Notes: generated from the letters alone by a model not told the origin. Shown: positions 48,242-60,845, counted from the first letter of the stretch. The stretch is 64,000 nt of DNA from Lepidodermella squamata (GCA_047495785.1 JBLDXI010000019.1:2728001-2792000); one strand, 5' to 3'. Numbers and translations are program-made.

Positions 48242-51178
48242 ATGCATTATTTGAGCATCAAGCTAGGGATATTTCTCTGTCACATCTGCCTGGCAGTATC
48301 ATCAAATCAAACAAACATTTCAATGCTTTTTATGGTGCCGATGACTGGAGACTCGCCAAGGAACGGGGAATCCTGCGTCATAGCGTCTCAAATCGTCATC
48401 GAAGAGGTGAATAGACAAGAAATCATGTTGCCTGGCTACAACATCATACCGATATTTCGGGACGAAGGAGGCGCTAGCAATTTGGCGATTCTGGAATTGG
48501 TGAGATTTCACCGACAGACTGGCGAATTACAATCCCCAATAATTGTCGGCGCATCTCTAGCAGGGGGCTGCAAAGGAACAGGCCTTGCCCTGCCGCATCT
48601 CTATTCATCACTTATTGCGCTGGGTTGTATCAGCCCTAGTCATATGAACAATCGAAAAATATACCCGAATACGTACCGAGTAAGATCAGGAGGCGATATC
48701 ATCGCGCTATCCCACCTCCGTTTCATTCGCGAAGTCGGAAAATGGAATCGAATCGGAATTCTCGCGAGTTCGTTGAATGAAGCTGATTATTCCATAGCCC
48801 TTACTATCCAGGGGGAAGGTCTGGCGAATGGCTTTGAAATTCCCTACTTCGATATTGTTGCAGACATAGACGATTCATCGCTGGAAGTTTTAACGAACAG
48901 GGATATCCGGATCCTCGATGTCATCATCAATGTCCCAGCTCTGTTTTACAAATTATTATGCAGAGCCCATGCTATGGGATTTACCGGGGAAAGGTACGCT
49001 ATAGTTGCCCATTCAACCATGTATGCTGAACTGTCAGGCCTCCCGGATAGTATCACCCCTGGATGTACGAAAGCAATAATCACCGCGAGCAATACAAAAT
49101 AATTTTTTGGGTTGGCTGGGCATCTCGAAATTACGATAACTCGAATGCCTTGTCATCGCTAGGCATGAGTAGGGACACATTTGAGGATAGGTTCATTCAA
49201 AAATGGCAGGCCAGAGGGAATAAGCCAGGAACTCTTCCCGCTGATTACGATCGCCGATCGTTTTGCCATGATGCTACGTTAGCAGCAATAATTGCCCTCA
49301 ACATGTCTGAGATTACCGTATTTCTCGAAAATATACGACACACCTGTATATATCCCCGCTCCCTAATACAACCCGACGAAAAAATCGTTTGTTCATATTT
49401 AACCCAGGCCTCGAAATTGTACCACAGCTATTTTAATTTGGGCGAAGCATGCGTTGGAACAAAAGAAAAGCCTTATTAATGACGCATTATCGTAATCAGT
49501 GATTAGCTATCGCGTAAGCAGCTTCGCAACGTCTGATCTTGGCACCATTCATAAGCCAGCAGAAAATGCCCATTCAGCATTCACTAGCTGAGACACAGAG
49601 TTTTATTTTAACATTTTCATATCCTTCTTAATCGTTTTAACCTTCTGGAATCGATGATGGCTGGCTCTCCTGATCGTCTTCAAGATTCCGTCCAGGTGTC
49701 CGAAGAAGACAAGCGAAAGCGGCACCGCAAGTATTCCCTCGCATTTTCACTGAATCGACAAATAAAACAATCTAAAAACGTCGTCTTAATACGAATTGCT
49801 CGCGGCTTTTTGTGATGATTCGCAATTAAACAGCACACCCGTATATATCCCCACTCCCTAATACAACCCGAATCAAAAATCATTTGTTCATAAATATAGC
49901 CCGCGGTAAATTTTCGAGAAATACGGTAAATTGAGATCAAAGGGCTTGTCTTTGGCTAGCTACAGAGACAATTCTTATTCAGTGATCGCAAAAGTGAACC
50001 AAACTATGGCCGAAATAGAATTCCAAGGGCTGAGAATAGGCAGATTCAAGTACTCGGAAAGGATAGAGCTCGACGACGATTTATATTCTGCGACTCAATG
50101 GAACGCAGCTGAGGGATTGAGAGTCATCTGCACCTTTCGAAGGAACAACTCTGAATCCCCACCGCTGAACTACTCGAGCTACTCAAATCGCAAGGATATT
50201 GGTTCTCCGATTTGGTTGTCGGGAGATGGAAAGGGACCGAAAGATCGTAGGCATGAGATAGTCAGCATCATAACAGTTTCCGTTACTTACTTCTGGATTT
50301 GCTTTGCGTTCAATACTCTAACAATCATTTCTCACGTCTTGCTTTTGATTCGTGGCTACTGGAGAGGGTCAAGGGGCTGTTATGAGTCATTATCAGCTGG
50401 AATTCTGTTAAATATCGCCTCAATATTTCTTGGCATACCACAGTCCTTCCAGATGGGGCTTGAATGTTTTTTCATTAAGAGAGCAAGCATTCTCCTTTCA
50501 CTTGCCGCGATGCATGTAAGATCGTTTTAAAAGAAGAGTAGCGTATATTTCATTTTTCAATTTCAGAATTTCCTAATGAAGTCGTTGTGGATTCATAAAA
50601 TTAATTTAGGATTACAAAGGCCTAAATCATCGGCGAAAAATGTACTGACGAGGGCTGTTTATCGCGAGACGAACAGGTCTAAGATACAGCCTGCAACTGC
50701 CTGGAAACAAAATGAATCGACGAAAAACATGAAAAGGCTGAATTTCCTCATTATCACCGGAACTATAGTTTATATCATAGCATGGCTAACATCCAGCACT
50801 CCTAAGCACTCCATAGAAGCAATAACCAGATTCTACGACCGCACCAGCGATGTTGAAACGACTTTGCTGTTGGAGAAATTTATCAGCAAATTTGATTTAT
50901 ATTTCGCCGTCGTAGCCTTGTTGCTAAATGCTGTGCTATTTTTTCTATCGTGCTGGCTGGCAGTAGGATTGAGAGGTAAAGCAGCTATTGATAGCCCTAG
51001 TTGTGGACTCCCTTCTTTAGGTCGCTTGAGAATCGCAACTGCTTCATTGACCACTCTCTTCGCAGCTGCAGTATTGCTCTTCTTTGTTTTCAATGACAAT
51101 GGTGGTTATCAAATGACAGCTTTATCAGTTACCTGTTGGATTTCGTCGGTGATTTTGTTAGCTGTTAGTAATTTCTAG
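48242..51178 (+). pseudogene. GABA-B-like class C GPCR C1, disrupted
   Basis: Venus-flytrap + 7TM paralog of C2/C3. Frameshift at ~49085 (GCTKAIIT/EQYKIIFW), MITE inside the CDS at 49316-49926, intron 50516-50566. Confidence 0.8.
49316..49926. mobile_element. Tc2/pogo-type (Tc1-mariner superfamily) MITE, 611 bp
   Basis: TIR CCGTATTTCTCGAAAAT at both ends; TA TSD at 49314-15 and 49927-28; internal ~60-bp direct repeat; removing it restores MSEIKLRSKG in frame. Confidence 0.9.
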
Positions 51179-51471
51179 ATGCTAGATTATCAAGGGAAAA
51201 AATACATTCTCAAGTCGTAACTAAAACCAAGTTTCCAAGCTGAGAAATCAGAATGATAATCAGATGATCTTGAATAATTCTAATAACGGCCGGCTGGAGG
51301 CTGGAGCATAGACCTGGGATTTGCTGAAAAATTAGTCGACCCCTGAAGACCTCCCCCTCCCCCTCCCCCTCTCACTTATATCTCGCTTTATACGTAAGAT
51401 GGGCTGTGAAGCCGGAAAAGAAATCAGTAACGCAGACACTTTTAATATCACTCTTTGAAACATGTCATCAG

Positions 51472-53852
51472 CTAGTTAACGCTGAGAAGTAGCATGCTCA
51501 TTGAAGCCAACCAAGTTATCACCGATAGCGAGACCATTTGATAGATCGGGTGCGAAGCTAAAATAAGGTGCAACATGAAACTTGCGACATAAAGCGTCAT
51601 TAAAATAGCCGCTGTTAAGCCCAGACGCGGAAGCATTTTGTCCGCGCGATACTGCCGTGCATGCTTCAATTGCAGAGCGACAAAGCAAGCGGCTATTAAT
51701 AGCAGAAAATTTGCACCAATAACAGGAAGCAGCCATAAGACTTCGACATCGGACGAATATGTCGATATGAACTCGGATTTGAATGTATCTGTTATCGGGT
51801 CGTATTGTTCAGCGTAATCCAACTCATAAAAACGGTACTTCGCCGGGGAAGTGGTAAACCATGCAATAAGATAAACTGCACAAACACTGACGAATCCGAT
51901 AGCTGCCTTGTTCAAGTAGGATTTCAAGTATTTTTTGTCGATTGATTGAACTGGAGTTTCCACTGCCGATGAGCGAATTGAAGAGAGAGTTAAGTGGCTT
52001 CGACTCTCACGCCCGATTGAATTATGGTGAGTAGCATAAAGAAGAGAAATTGCGTTTGATACTCGCGAGGATATTTTGATTTTCTGCTTCCGATAACAAA
52101 TTAAATGGCACAAGATACATACCTGTTTGGGAAAAACTATAGCATGAGAAGTTTTCACAAAAAGTAATAAGAAGAAATCCTTACTTGGGTAAAAGATAAT
52201 GCGAAAGTTCCGACAGTTCTTTGCAGGTAATAAATACCGACAATTCGACCAAAAGAATGAGGAAATGCTAAAGTGATGGACGCAAAATTGAACAGAAGCC
52301 CCACAATTATGGTATAAGGATTGAGGTAGAATCCTGGGTCTCTTTTCTTTCGGCAATAGTCGTAAACTCTCTTAACGATGCTGACACCGAAAGACAAGAG
52401 ATTTACTGTAGCGATTGCCCAAAAAAACGATTCTGGTATGGATAACGTGACGCTGACTTCTATTCTTCGATCTCGCGGTGGCTTCCCGTCTGAAGTGTCC
52501 CACCTTGGACTATTAAGGACCTTTCGAACAGAATAACTTGAGTAACTCAACGGAGGTGCCGAAGAGTTGTATCGGCGAAACGTACTCAGTATTATCTGAC
52601 CATCGGATTGTGTCCACTGAACCGCAACGAATAGATCATCGTCAACTTCTAACCGGTTCGAAAACTTGAAATGTCCAATCCTTAGCCCATTGAAGTCTAC
52701 TTCAGCCATTGATCGGTTTGCTATCGTTATCAATTCCTTTCCAGATGATACAAGGAGAGAGTCATTTACACTTGTCGATTTCTCCGTAGAATCCAGGGCG
52801 ATTATCGAGCTGAGGACAGCGTCGTGGCAAAAGTACCGCCTATCATAATCTGGGGGACGCCTATTAGCGGCACCTCCCCTTTGAAGCCATTTTGAGTCAA
52901 ATCGACGCTCAAACTCGTTTGCATTGAATCCAAGTGTTGAATTGGCATTTGGATCTTCATAGTTCTTCGCAGCCCATCCAATCCAAAAAATGTTCTGATA
53001 CTGCTCAATAACCATTGACTTCGTGCAACCAGGACTGATGGTTTCGCCCAATCCTGACAGCTCAATGAATGCCGAGAAGGGGGCTACAAAGGCATATCGA
53101 CTACCTTTTATACCCTTTGCAAAAGATTTACATAGGAAGGCTAGGAAAGGGGCTGGTAGGTTGATCAAAATATCAATTATTCGTACATCGGCCTCCAGTA
53201 GGCCATCCATTACAGAATCATCGATATCCGAAACAATGTTGAAATATGCGGTTTCAAAGCCATTTTCCAAGCCTGTGTTTCGCATGACTGAGGCGCTTAG
53301 ATAATCTGCTTCGTTCATGGTGCTAGTGATGATACCAATGCGATTCCAGCCGCCGATCTCGCGTATGAAGCGAAGGTGTAAAACTGCGGTCGTGTCAGCG
53401 CCTGACCGAGTTCTGTACGTGTTTGGATTCAGCCTTCGTTGGTTGATCAAAGTCGGACTGTTGCAAGCCAAAGCAACATGAACTAAGCCCAGGTGTTTAG
53501 CTACGGGGCCTACCGCCTTACACCCACCAGACAGTTGAGTACCGATGAATATGGGAGAGAAGAGCTGTTTCCTATCCTCTGATTCTCGAAGGAATTTAAC
53601 TACCTCCCGTAGTACAAAATTACTTCCAGCACCTTCGTCTCGAAATACTGGAACTACGTTGAAGTTGGGTAAAATGTCGCTCATGCGATTGACTTCATCT
53701 GTAACGATTTCAGCTGCAATTATGCACGATTCAGCGGTTCGCGGTGCGTCTCCAGTTAAAGGTAGTGTTACCAAGAGAGACACATTGAACGGTTTTCGTG
53801 CCCAGCCGCTTGCTGCAGCTAATAGGGTTGCTACAATGAAAAGAGAATTCAT
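51472..53852 (-). CDS. GABA-B-like class C GPCR C2 (exons 53852-52185, 52122-51472)
   Basis: Signal peptide, ANF-type VFT (NTYRT, GWNRIGII, HDAV), PPRD stalk, no Cys-rich domain, 7TM; 62-nt intron. Confidence 0.85.
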
Positions 53853-54807
53853 CACGCAGCTTGAAAATTCGAGAATTCTGCTTTGAGACAATTCTGTCTA
53901 AGTGGCGATGCCGATAATGGAGTCACAAATGTACGGACTTATCCGCCTCCGTGCCGTATTAGGGACGAGTTCGATGTGCTGAGACACCCCCGGGTGAGGC
54001 CCTGACGTGATCATAGTACATCGAGGTTGCGATCGAACGGACTATCTATTTCTGTTAGACATGTTTTGTTTGGCTCACTACCCAGTGATCCACCAACGCG
54101 CCAGAGTTAGCTTCTTGAATTGCAATCTCACAAAGCATTAGCCATGCATCCTGTGGCAATGACGGAAACAATCAAAGCATGGACAAATTGGATGCACGTC
54201 TCCCTTATTAATTTTCCTCCCTGATATGTGCTTCTTTGAAGATGATATTACAGCTCGCGGGGCCAAAGGCCAAAAAGATAATTCAACATCTCAATGAATA
54301 TTTCGAATACTGAAATCTGCACCTGATGGCAAGGCATAGTTTTTATCTGGGAAAACATATCCATCTATTTTAACTTTTTCTGGAGTCATTTAATGGGAAA
54401 ATTAAACTTGTTTTCGCGGGAAAAGCTAAGGTCCGATCAATTGTTTGGTCAATTTTTAACTTTTTAGATAAGCCAAAGTTCACTTTAGTGGAAACCAACT
54501 CAACATTCGACGAATTCATTGATTCTAAATGTATTCTACGTCAATTTATTGGAATCCTGATGGAGCACGTAAAATTGGGTTAGCAAAAAGGCGAACAGTT
54601 TATTGACACCCACGTGTCGATTTTGCACTGGATAAGTAGTACAAATTGAAAAAGTTGACTAGCCCAGCACTCCGCTGAAAACCAATAACAATTAAATTTT
54701 AATCAGCATGTAACTATGGCGCTGAATAAAAGCCTTTATTAAATAGCGAAATTATGAGCTACTGTTGCATATTTTCAATAACAGATCGCTGTACCACGGT
54801 CTAAACG

Positions 54808-56233
54808 ATGGTTAAATCGCTTGAATTCGGTTTATTTTCTATAATTGTAGCATTGCTAGCCCAAAAAGGCTCAACATTATCCTGCTTGGTTTGTCCCAAT
54901 GTAACCATTGGCTGTGCTGAGAGCGAAGCTGTGAAAATGACCTGTCCCGCTGTAAACGATGTTACCTGTGTGGTAAGGTTTCTAACTCCAATAAAATCTC
55001 TCAGCCAATATTCTTTGCTTCTGTTGCTTTTTTTCTTTTCTGCTTTTTATGAGCTTGATAAGAGCAGTAGAAGAGCATGTGTAGATAGACTTGAGAACAG
55101 TTCTTTTCCCTTTTTTATGATTTACTGATTCCCGCTTTGAAATCCCTTCAGCCAAGCTTTCCCTTTTTCCCCATGTCCGTTTCCCCCACAGTCATGCTGA
55201 TGTCCCAATTTGATTCTAGGCTTCGAGACCACCGGATATGCAAGCAGGAAAGACAGCGGCCACTCAAGCGCTAGCTAAGGCGAAAACCATCGCTGGTAGC
55301 CAGAACTCATCGTGCGTGGTCTATATTCAAAGTTTACTCGATATGGGACCACCAGGCGGACCACCAGGCGGACCTCCAGGGGGAAACAGCTCGCAAAATA
55401 TGGGCCCTCCTCCAACTGGAAACCCACAGAATATGGGACCTCCACCGACAGGCTCTCCAAACATGAACCAACCTAATAACTACATGTGCGGGACAACATC
55501 GGCCTGTAGCAGTAGTAGTAGCAGTGACAGCAGTGACCTGGCAGCACTCACCTCAAACTGCCCCACTCCTCAATACGCTGATGCCGTCAAATACCTCACT
55601 GACTACAGAGCTAGCGTGAGTTTTCCCCTATTTTCCAGGGGCGTGAATGTGAACCATCGATTTTTAAGGGGACCCTCATTTAGCGGAACCAAATTCGTTG
55701 TATCGGAACCAAATATGCTGTAGCGGGACCAAATTTTAGACTTTTCTATGTAGTTGCCTGAAATAATTCTAGAAAAGTCACCAGTGAATTCAGCGCAACA
55801 TTCTCAATAAGACAGAATGTTCAATCCAGAATTCGTGCTTATAGCCTAAAATTTGTAAAAATATTCAAGAAATGACTCGTGACATATTTCGAGTTTGGTT
55901 CCGCAAAGAGCTAATTTGGTTCCGCTACAGCATATTTGGTTCCGCTCACCGTAAATTTGGTTCCGCTAAAAGATATTCTGTTTTTAAGAGGGCTCTCGTT
56001 TGATTTGTATACAACAAACTCAGGAATTCGAAGCTGATTCTTATTTATGGTTCCGTGACACCGCCACCTAAAAAATGAATCCTTTCTTTTAACAGTCGAC
56101 AACGAAATGTTGTTCAACGGACAACTGCAACACGTTGGGAACTGCACGAGGCTCAGCTTTAATTTCGAACTATGCAATCAATGGGAGGATGCTTTCCTTT
56201 GCGATATTCATGGGATTCATTTGCATCCAGTAA
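54808..56233 (+). CDS. GPI-anchored Ly6/uPAR three-finger protein with large insertions (exons 54808-54972, 55220-55615, 56096-56233)
   Basis: Signal peptide, LSCLVC start, terminal KCCSTDNCN, hydrophobic tail; all junctions phase-0 GT-AG. Confidence 0.82.
55667..55997. mobile_element. Foldback-type MITE in Ly6 intron 2
   Basis: Arms built of three or four GCGGAACCAAAT subrepeats in inverted orientation (55680-55735 vs 55893-55970). Confidence 0.7.
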
Positions 56234-56721
56234 GGAATGCAATGGGAATTCAAAGGATGAACATTTCTCAGTTAATATATCATAACGCCGATTTTCCAGC
56301 ATTTGCATAAGGGATTATAATGTTAAAATTATCAGTTGCATAGTATATATGCCAAGTACTTATACATTGACCGTGATTTGTGTCCCTTACAACGTAAATA
56401 AATTGATTTGAATAAAAACCATACTGAGTGTATACGTAGAAGAATTCATGTAAGGCTTTCCTCTTCAAAATTCAAGGATGATAGGTACAATTAAAATTTG
56501 GAATGGACTCGATTGCAAATTCTTCTTTTCGAAAATCGCTTGGTATATTTCAAATGAATTTCTTCTTCCGTTCCTCAGCCAATCTTGCCGTTTTCTTCTA
56601 TAACTCGTAGATGCCTGGAACGAATCGTGTATTTCTCTCATTGATTTTTTGTTAGAGCGCGTGCTCGATTTATGCTCGACGCCTGAATTGATTCTTTTGT
56701 GAATGAAATCAATCCACGAAA

Positions 56722-58197
56722 ATGCAAATTGTATCATCTTTGTTTCGTCGTTTGATCGGCTTCGCCTTTCTGCTTCTAATCGCCTTCTTGATCGTAGAGA
56801 AATATTGTTTGAACCAATCCAGATTTCACAGTTCAATAACATCAATCGGCCGATCGAAGATTTCAATAAATTATCGCCAATGCCGCCAAAATTTCAACGA
56901 CAAAATGCTCGCTCTAAAGCAGTACCTCGATGACCCCACGCATCCAATACCAGCCAGCTTGTTCCTGAGCAGAGAGCCGAAGAATGTCATGGCTGTTACT
57001 CTAATCCTTGCTACACCAGAATTCGTCGAACGAGATGGTACTCACGAAGTTTGTCCAATGAGCGCGACAAATCTGCGCTTCTGGTTCGATGTCATGGAGT
57101 GGTTTATCCAGTATAACAACCAATCTGTCTCGTGTAATCTTGTCCAATCGTCAACTACCAATTTCTACAATCGCAATGCTCAAGTTATGAAATGCTATGT
57201 CGAATCTAGTTTTTTTGGTCTCGAAACTACTATGGATTTGTTTGAAGGCTCGCATGAAGTGGAATTCGATATTTTCACTAAATTTCGAAGACCAAGCAGC
57301 GATAGCAGCCAAATTTTCCCTGTCGCTGATCATCTTCCGATTTGCAATCTCGAATTTCCGAAACCCTTCTTCAATCTCGTTGCTTCAACTTTCGTATCTG
57401 ATGACAGCATTGACCGAATCCCTGAGTGGATCGAGTACCATCGACTGATCGGGGTCGAATTTTTCCTAATCCACGTCAATCGACCAACAGCGAGTCGTTA
57501 CGAAAAATTGCTCGACGTCTACATTAACAAGCTGAAAATTGTTGAATTGAGCGTTCATTACTCGGACATGCCAGTTAACACCCACTATAAGCTGTCTAAA
57601 ACGCCCGCGGATTTGGAGTCGATTAACCGGCTGAAAGGACGAGCTAAATGGCTGGCTCTCATTGATGTTGATGAATTTATCCAATTTTACCCTCGAAGCA
57701 ATTCTTTGAAAGCTGGATCGTTGGTGGATTATTTGAATATAATGCACGAGGGTAAACCAAATATGGGCGCGGCTGTTCTCAGCAATTGGTTCTTCGGATT
57801 TGGACCCGGAATTTTACCTCCTAGAAATTACCCGAAGAAATCCGATGATTTTGTTGTTTTCTCTCGAATTAACGAAATGACATGGCGGACAGAAAATTTT
57901 ACTCTGTTCAAGAAAGACCCGCATCATAAGTCAATTGTGCTGGTGAATCATGTGGCTTATTTCAACGTGCACAAGGTGACGTATGGTGGCAAGTCGTGGT
58001 GGGTGGATCCGGAGAGGGACATTCGGCTCGTTCACTATCGAACGCCTTATGATAGGTACTTTGAAGAGGCTGGTCCGGAATTCGTCACGGGTACGGCGCC
58101 TGTGGATCGAACTATGGCTGATTCCTATGGTCGTATAGTTGTTGCCAAACTGATGGAAAACGGATTTTCCGTTAACAGGACGACATATTATGCTTAA
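56722..58197 (+). CDS. Glycosyltransferase family 92-like (GT-A fold), type II membrane
   Basis: N-terminal TM, EWIEYHRLIGVEFFLIH, WLALIDVDEFI (DxD), KSIV...VH, LVHYR; intronless. Confidence 0.82.
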   Translation: MQIVSSLFRRLIGFAFLLLIAFLIVEKYCLNQSRFHSSITSIGRSKISINYRQCRQNFNDKMLALKQYLDDPTHPIPASLFLSREPKNVMAVTLILATPEFVERDGTHEVCPMSATNLRFWFDVMEWFIQYNNQSVSCNLVQSSTTNFYNRNAQVMKCYVESSFFGLETTMDLFEGSHEVEFDIFTKFRRPSSDSSQIFPVADHLPICNLEFPKPFFNLVASTFVSDDSIDRIPEWIEYHRLIGVEFFLIHVNRPTASRYEKLLDVYINKLKIVELSVHYSDMPVNTHYKLSKTPADLESINRLKGRAKWLALIDVDEFIQFYPRSNSLKAGSLVDYLNIMHEGKPNMGAAVLSNWFFGFGPGILPPRNYPKKSDDFVVFSRINEMTWRTENFTLFKKDPHHKSIVLVNHVAYFNVHKVTYGGKSWWVDPERDIRLVHYRTPYDRYFEEAGPEFVTGTAPVDRTMADSYGRIVVAKLMENGFSVNRTTYYA

Positions 58198-58493
58198 TAT
58201 AAACTGTTAGTTGTTGACGAATAAAAAGTTGATTGCCCTAAAGCATTTTCATCTATTTCATCTAAAGCATCTATTTTTATTATGCCAAGGAACATTTCAT
58301 TGCCGATGAATGGCCTGGGTGTGATCAGGGGTCCCGGAACTGCCAGGGATGGAGAAATTGACTAGTGATTTCAATTAAAGATTTTCCATTGAAACTTGTT
58401 CTAAAACCTCTCAAGAGTAGATTTTATATGTGTATATGTGCAAGCTCAATTCTTCGTTGAATTACCCTCATCGAATGTCGAAAATGCCCGCGA

Positions 58494-60845
58494 TTAGATT
58501 AGTAACATGCTCATTGAAGCTAGCCAAGTTATGACCGATAACGAAATCATTTGATAGATCGGATTTGAAGCTAAGATAAGATGCAACATGAAACCTGCAA
58601 CATGTAGTGACATCAAAATAGCCGCTGTTAAGCCCAGAAGCGCCGGCATTTTGTCGCCTCGATACTGTCGGGCTTGCCTCAATTGCAACGCGAGAAAGCA
58701 AGCGGCTATTAATAGCAGAAAATTTGCGCCAATAACAGGAAGCAGCCATTGAACTTCGACGTCGGATGAGAACGTCGAAATGAACTCGGATGTGAATGTA
58801 TCGGTAATCGGGTCGTATTGTTTATCGTAATGCAACTCATAAAAGCGGTACTTCGCGGGAAAAGTCGAAAACCATGCGATAAGATAAATACCGCAAACAA
58901 TAACCAGTCCAATAGCTGCCTTGTTCAGGAAGGATTTCAGCGATTTTTTGTCAATTGGCTTCACTGGAGTTTCCACTGCCATGGATCGGCTTGATGAGAG
59001 TGTTAAGTGGCTTCGACTTGTACGCCCGATTGAAGTCGCTCGCGGAGATGCCCGCGAGGATCTCTTTATTTTCTGTTTGCGATAACAAATCAGATGGCAA
59101 AAGATGCTTACCTGTTGCGAAAATAGTATATAACCAAAAAAAGCATTATTTTGAGAATTTCTTACTTGGGTCATAGATATAGCGAAAGTTCCAAATGTTC
59201 GTTGCAGGTAATATATACCGAGAATTCGACCGAAAGAATGAGGGAATGCTATGGTGATGGACGCAAGATTAAACATCAGTCCTCCCATGATAGGATAAGG
59301 ATTGAGATAGAATCCTGCGACGGCTCTCTTTCGGCAATAGTCGTAGAATCTCTTAACGATACTGGCAGCAAAGGAAATGACATTTGCCGTAGAAATGGCC
59401 CAGAAAAATGATTCTGGGATGGATAACGTGACACTGACTTCGATTCTGCGATCTCGCGGTGGCTTCCCGTCTGAAGTGCCCCAGCTTGGACTATTTAGGT
59501 CCTTTCGAATCGAATAGCTTGAGTAACTCAACGGGGATGTCGAAGAGTTATATCGGCGGAAAGTATTCAATATTACCTGGCCATCGGATTGTGTCCACTG
59601 AACCGCAACGAATAGCTCATCGTCGACTTCTAAGCGGTTCGAAAACTTGAAATTCCCAATCCTCAGCCCTGTGAATTTTACGTCAGCAATGGATCTGTTT
59701 GCTATCGCCATCAAATCTTTCCCAGAGGAATTAACGATAGACTCATTTGCCGCGGTCAGTTTTCCAGTAGAATTGAGGGCGATTATCGCGCTGAGGACGG
59801 CGTCGTGGCAAAAGTACCGCCTATCATAATCTAGGGGGCGCCTATTAGCTGCGCCTCCCCTCTGGAGCCATTTTGAGTCAAATCGATGCTCAAACTCGTT
59901 GGCATTATACCCAAGTGATGAGTTTGCATTTGAGTCTTCAAAGTTCCTTGTAGCCCACCCAACCCAAAATATATTTTGATACTGTTCAATAACCATTGAC
60001 TTTGTACAACCGGGGCCAATGGTTTCACCCAATCCTGACAGCTCAAGGTAAGCCGAAAAGGGGGCTACAAAAGCATATCGACTACCTGTTATACCCCTTG
60101 CATAGGAAGCACATAGAAATGACAGGAAAGGGGCTGGTAGGTTGATGGAAATATCAATTATTCGAACATCGGCCTCCAATAGGCTATCCATAACAGAATC
60201 ATCGACGTCGGTAACAATGTTAAAATATGCGATTTCAAAGCCATTTTCCAGGCCGGCATTCTGAATGACTGAAGCGCGCAAATAATCCGCTTCATTCAAT
60301 GAGCTAGTGATGATGCCGATGCGATTCCAGCCGCCGATGTCGCGTATGAAGCGGAGGTGTAGTATGGCAACTGTATCAGTGCTAGACCGAGTTTTGTACG
60401 TGTTAGGATACAGCCTTCGTTGGACTGTCAAAGTTGGACTATTGCAAGACAATGCAACATGAACTAATCCCAGGTGTTTAGTTATGGGGGCAATCGCTTT
60501 GCAACCGCCGGCAAATTGAGTACCGACGAAGATGGGAGAGACAACCTGTTTCCTATCCTCTGATTCTCGAAGGAATTTAACTACCTCCCGTGCTACAAAA
60601 TTACTTCCAGCACCTTCGTCCCGAAATACCGGAATTAGGTTGTAGTGAGGTAAAATGTCGCTCATGCGATTGACTTCCTCCATAACGATCTCAGCAGCAA
60701 TTAAGCACGATTCAGCGGCTCGAGGTGCGTCCCCAGTTATTGGCAGTGTTACCAAGAGGGACACATTGAACGGCTTTTGTGCTAAGGTTGTAGCCCATAA
60801 ACTTGCTATAGCGCATAGCGCTGTTAACATGAAACGATATCCCAT
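58494..60845 (-). CDS. GABA-B-like class C GPCR C3, recent paralog of C2 (in-frame intron 59112-59165)
   Basis: High identity to C2 throughout; intron at the homologous site is 54 nt and stop-free. Confidence 0.87.
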   Translation of the reverse strand: MGYRFMLTALCAIASLWATTLAQKPFNVSLLVTLPITGDAPRAAESCLIAAEIVMEEVNRMSDILPHYNLIPVFRDEGAGSNFVAREVVKFLRESEDRKQVVSPIFVGTQFAGGCKAIAPITKHLGLVHVALSCNSPTLTVQRRLYPNTYKTRSSTDTVAILHLRFIRDIGGWNRIGIITSSLNEADYLRASVIQNAGLENGFEIAYFNIVTDVDDSVMDSLLEADVRIIDISINLPAPFLSFLCASYARGITGSRYAFVAPFSAYLELSGLGETIGPGCTKSMVIEQYQNIFWVGWATRNFEDSNANSSLGYNANEFEHRFDSKWLQRGGAANRRPLDYDRRYFCHDAVLSAIIALNSTGKLTAANESIVNSSGKDLMAIANRSIADVKFTGLRIGNFKFSNRLEVDDELFVAVQWTQSDGQVILNTFRRYNSSTSPLSYSSYSIRKDLNSPSWGTSDGKPPRDRRIEVSVTLSIPESFFWAISTANVISFAASIVKRFYDYCRKRAVAGFYLNPYPIMGGLMFNLASITIAFPHSFGRILGIYYLQRTFGTFAISMTQVRNSQNNAFFGYILFSQQVSIFCHLICYRKQKIKRSSRASPRATSIGRTSRSHLTLSSSRSMAVETPVKPIDKKSLKSFLNKAAIGLVIVCGIYLIAWFSTFPAKYRFYELHYDKQYDPITDTFTSEFISTFSSDVEVQWLLPVIGANFLLLIAACFLALQLRQARQYRGDKMPALLGLTAAILMSLHVAGFMLHLILASNPIYQMISLSVITWLASMSMLLI

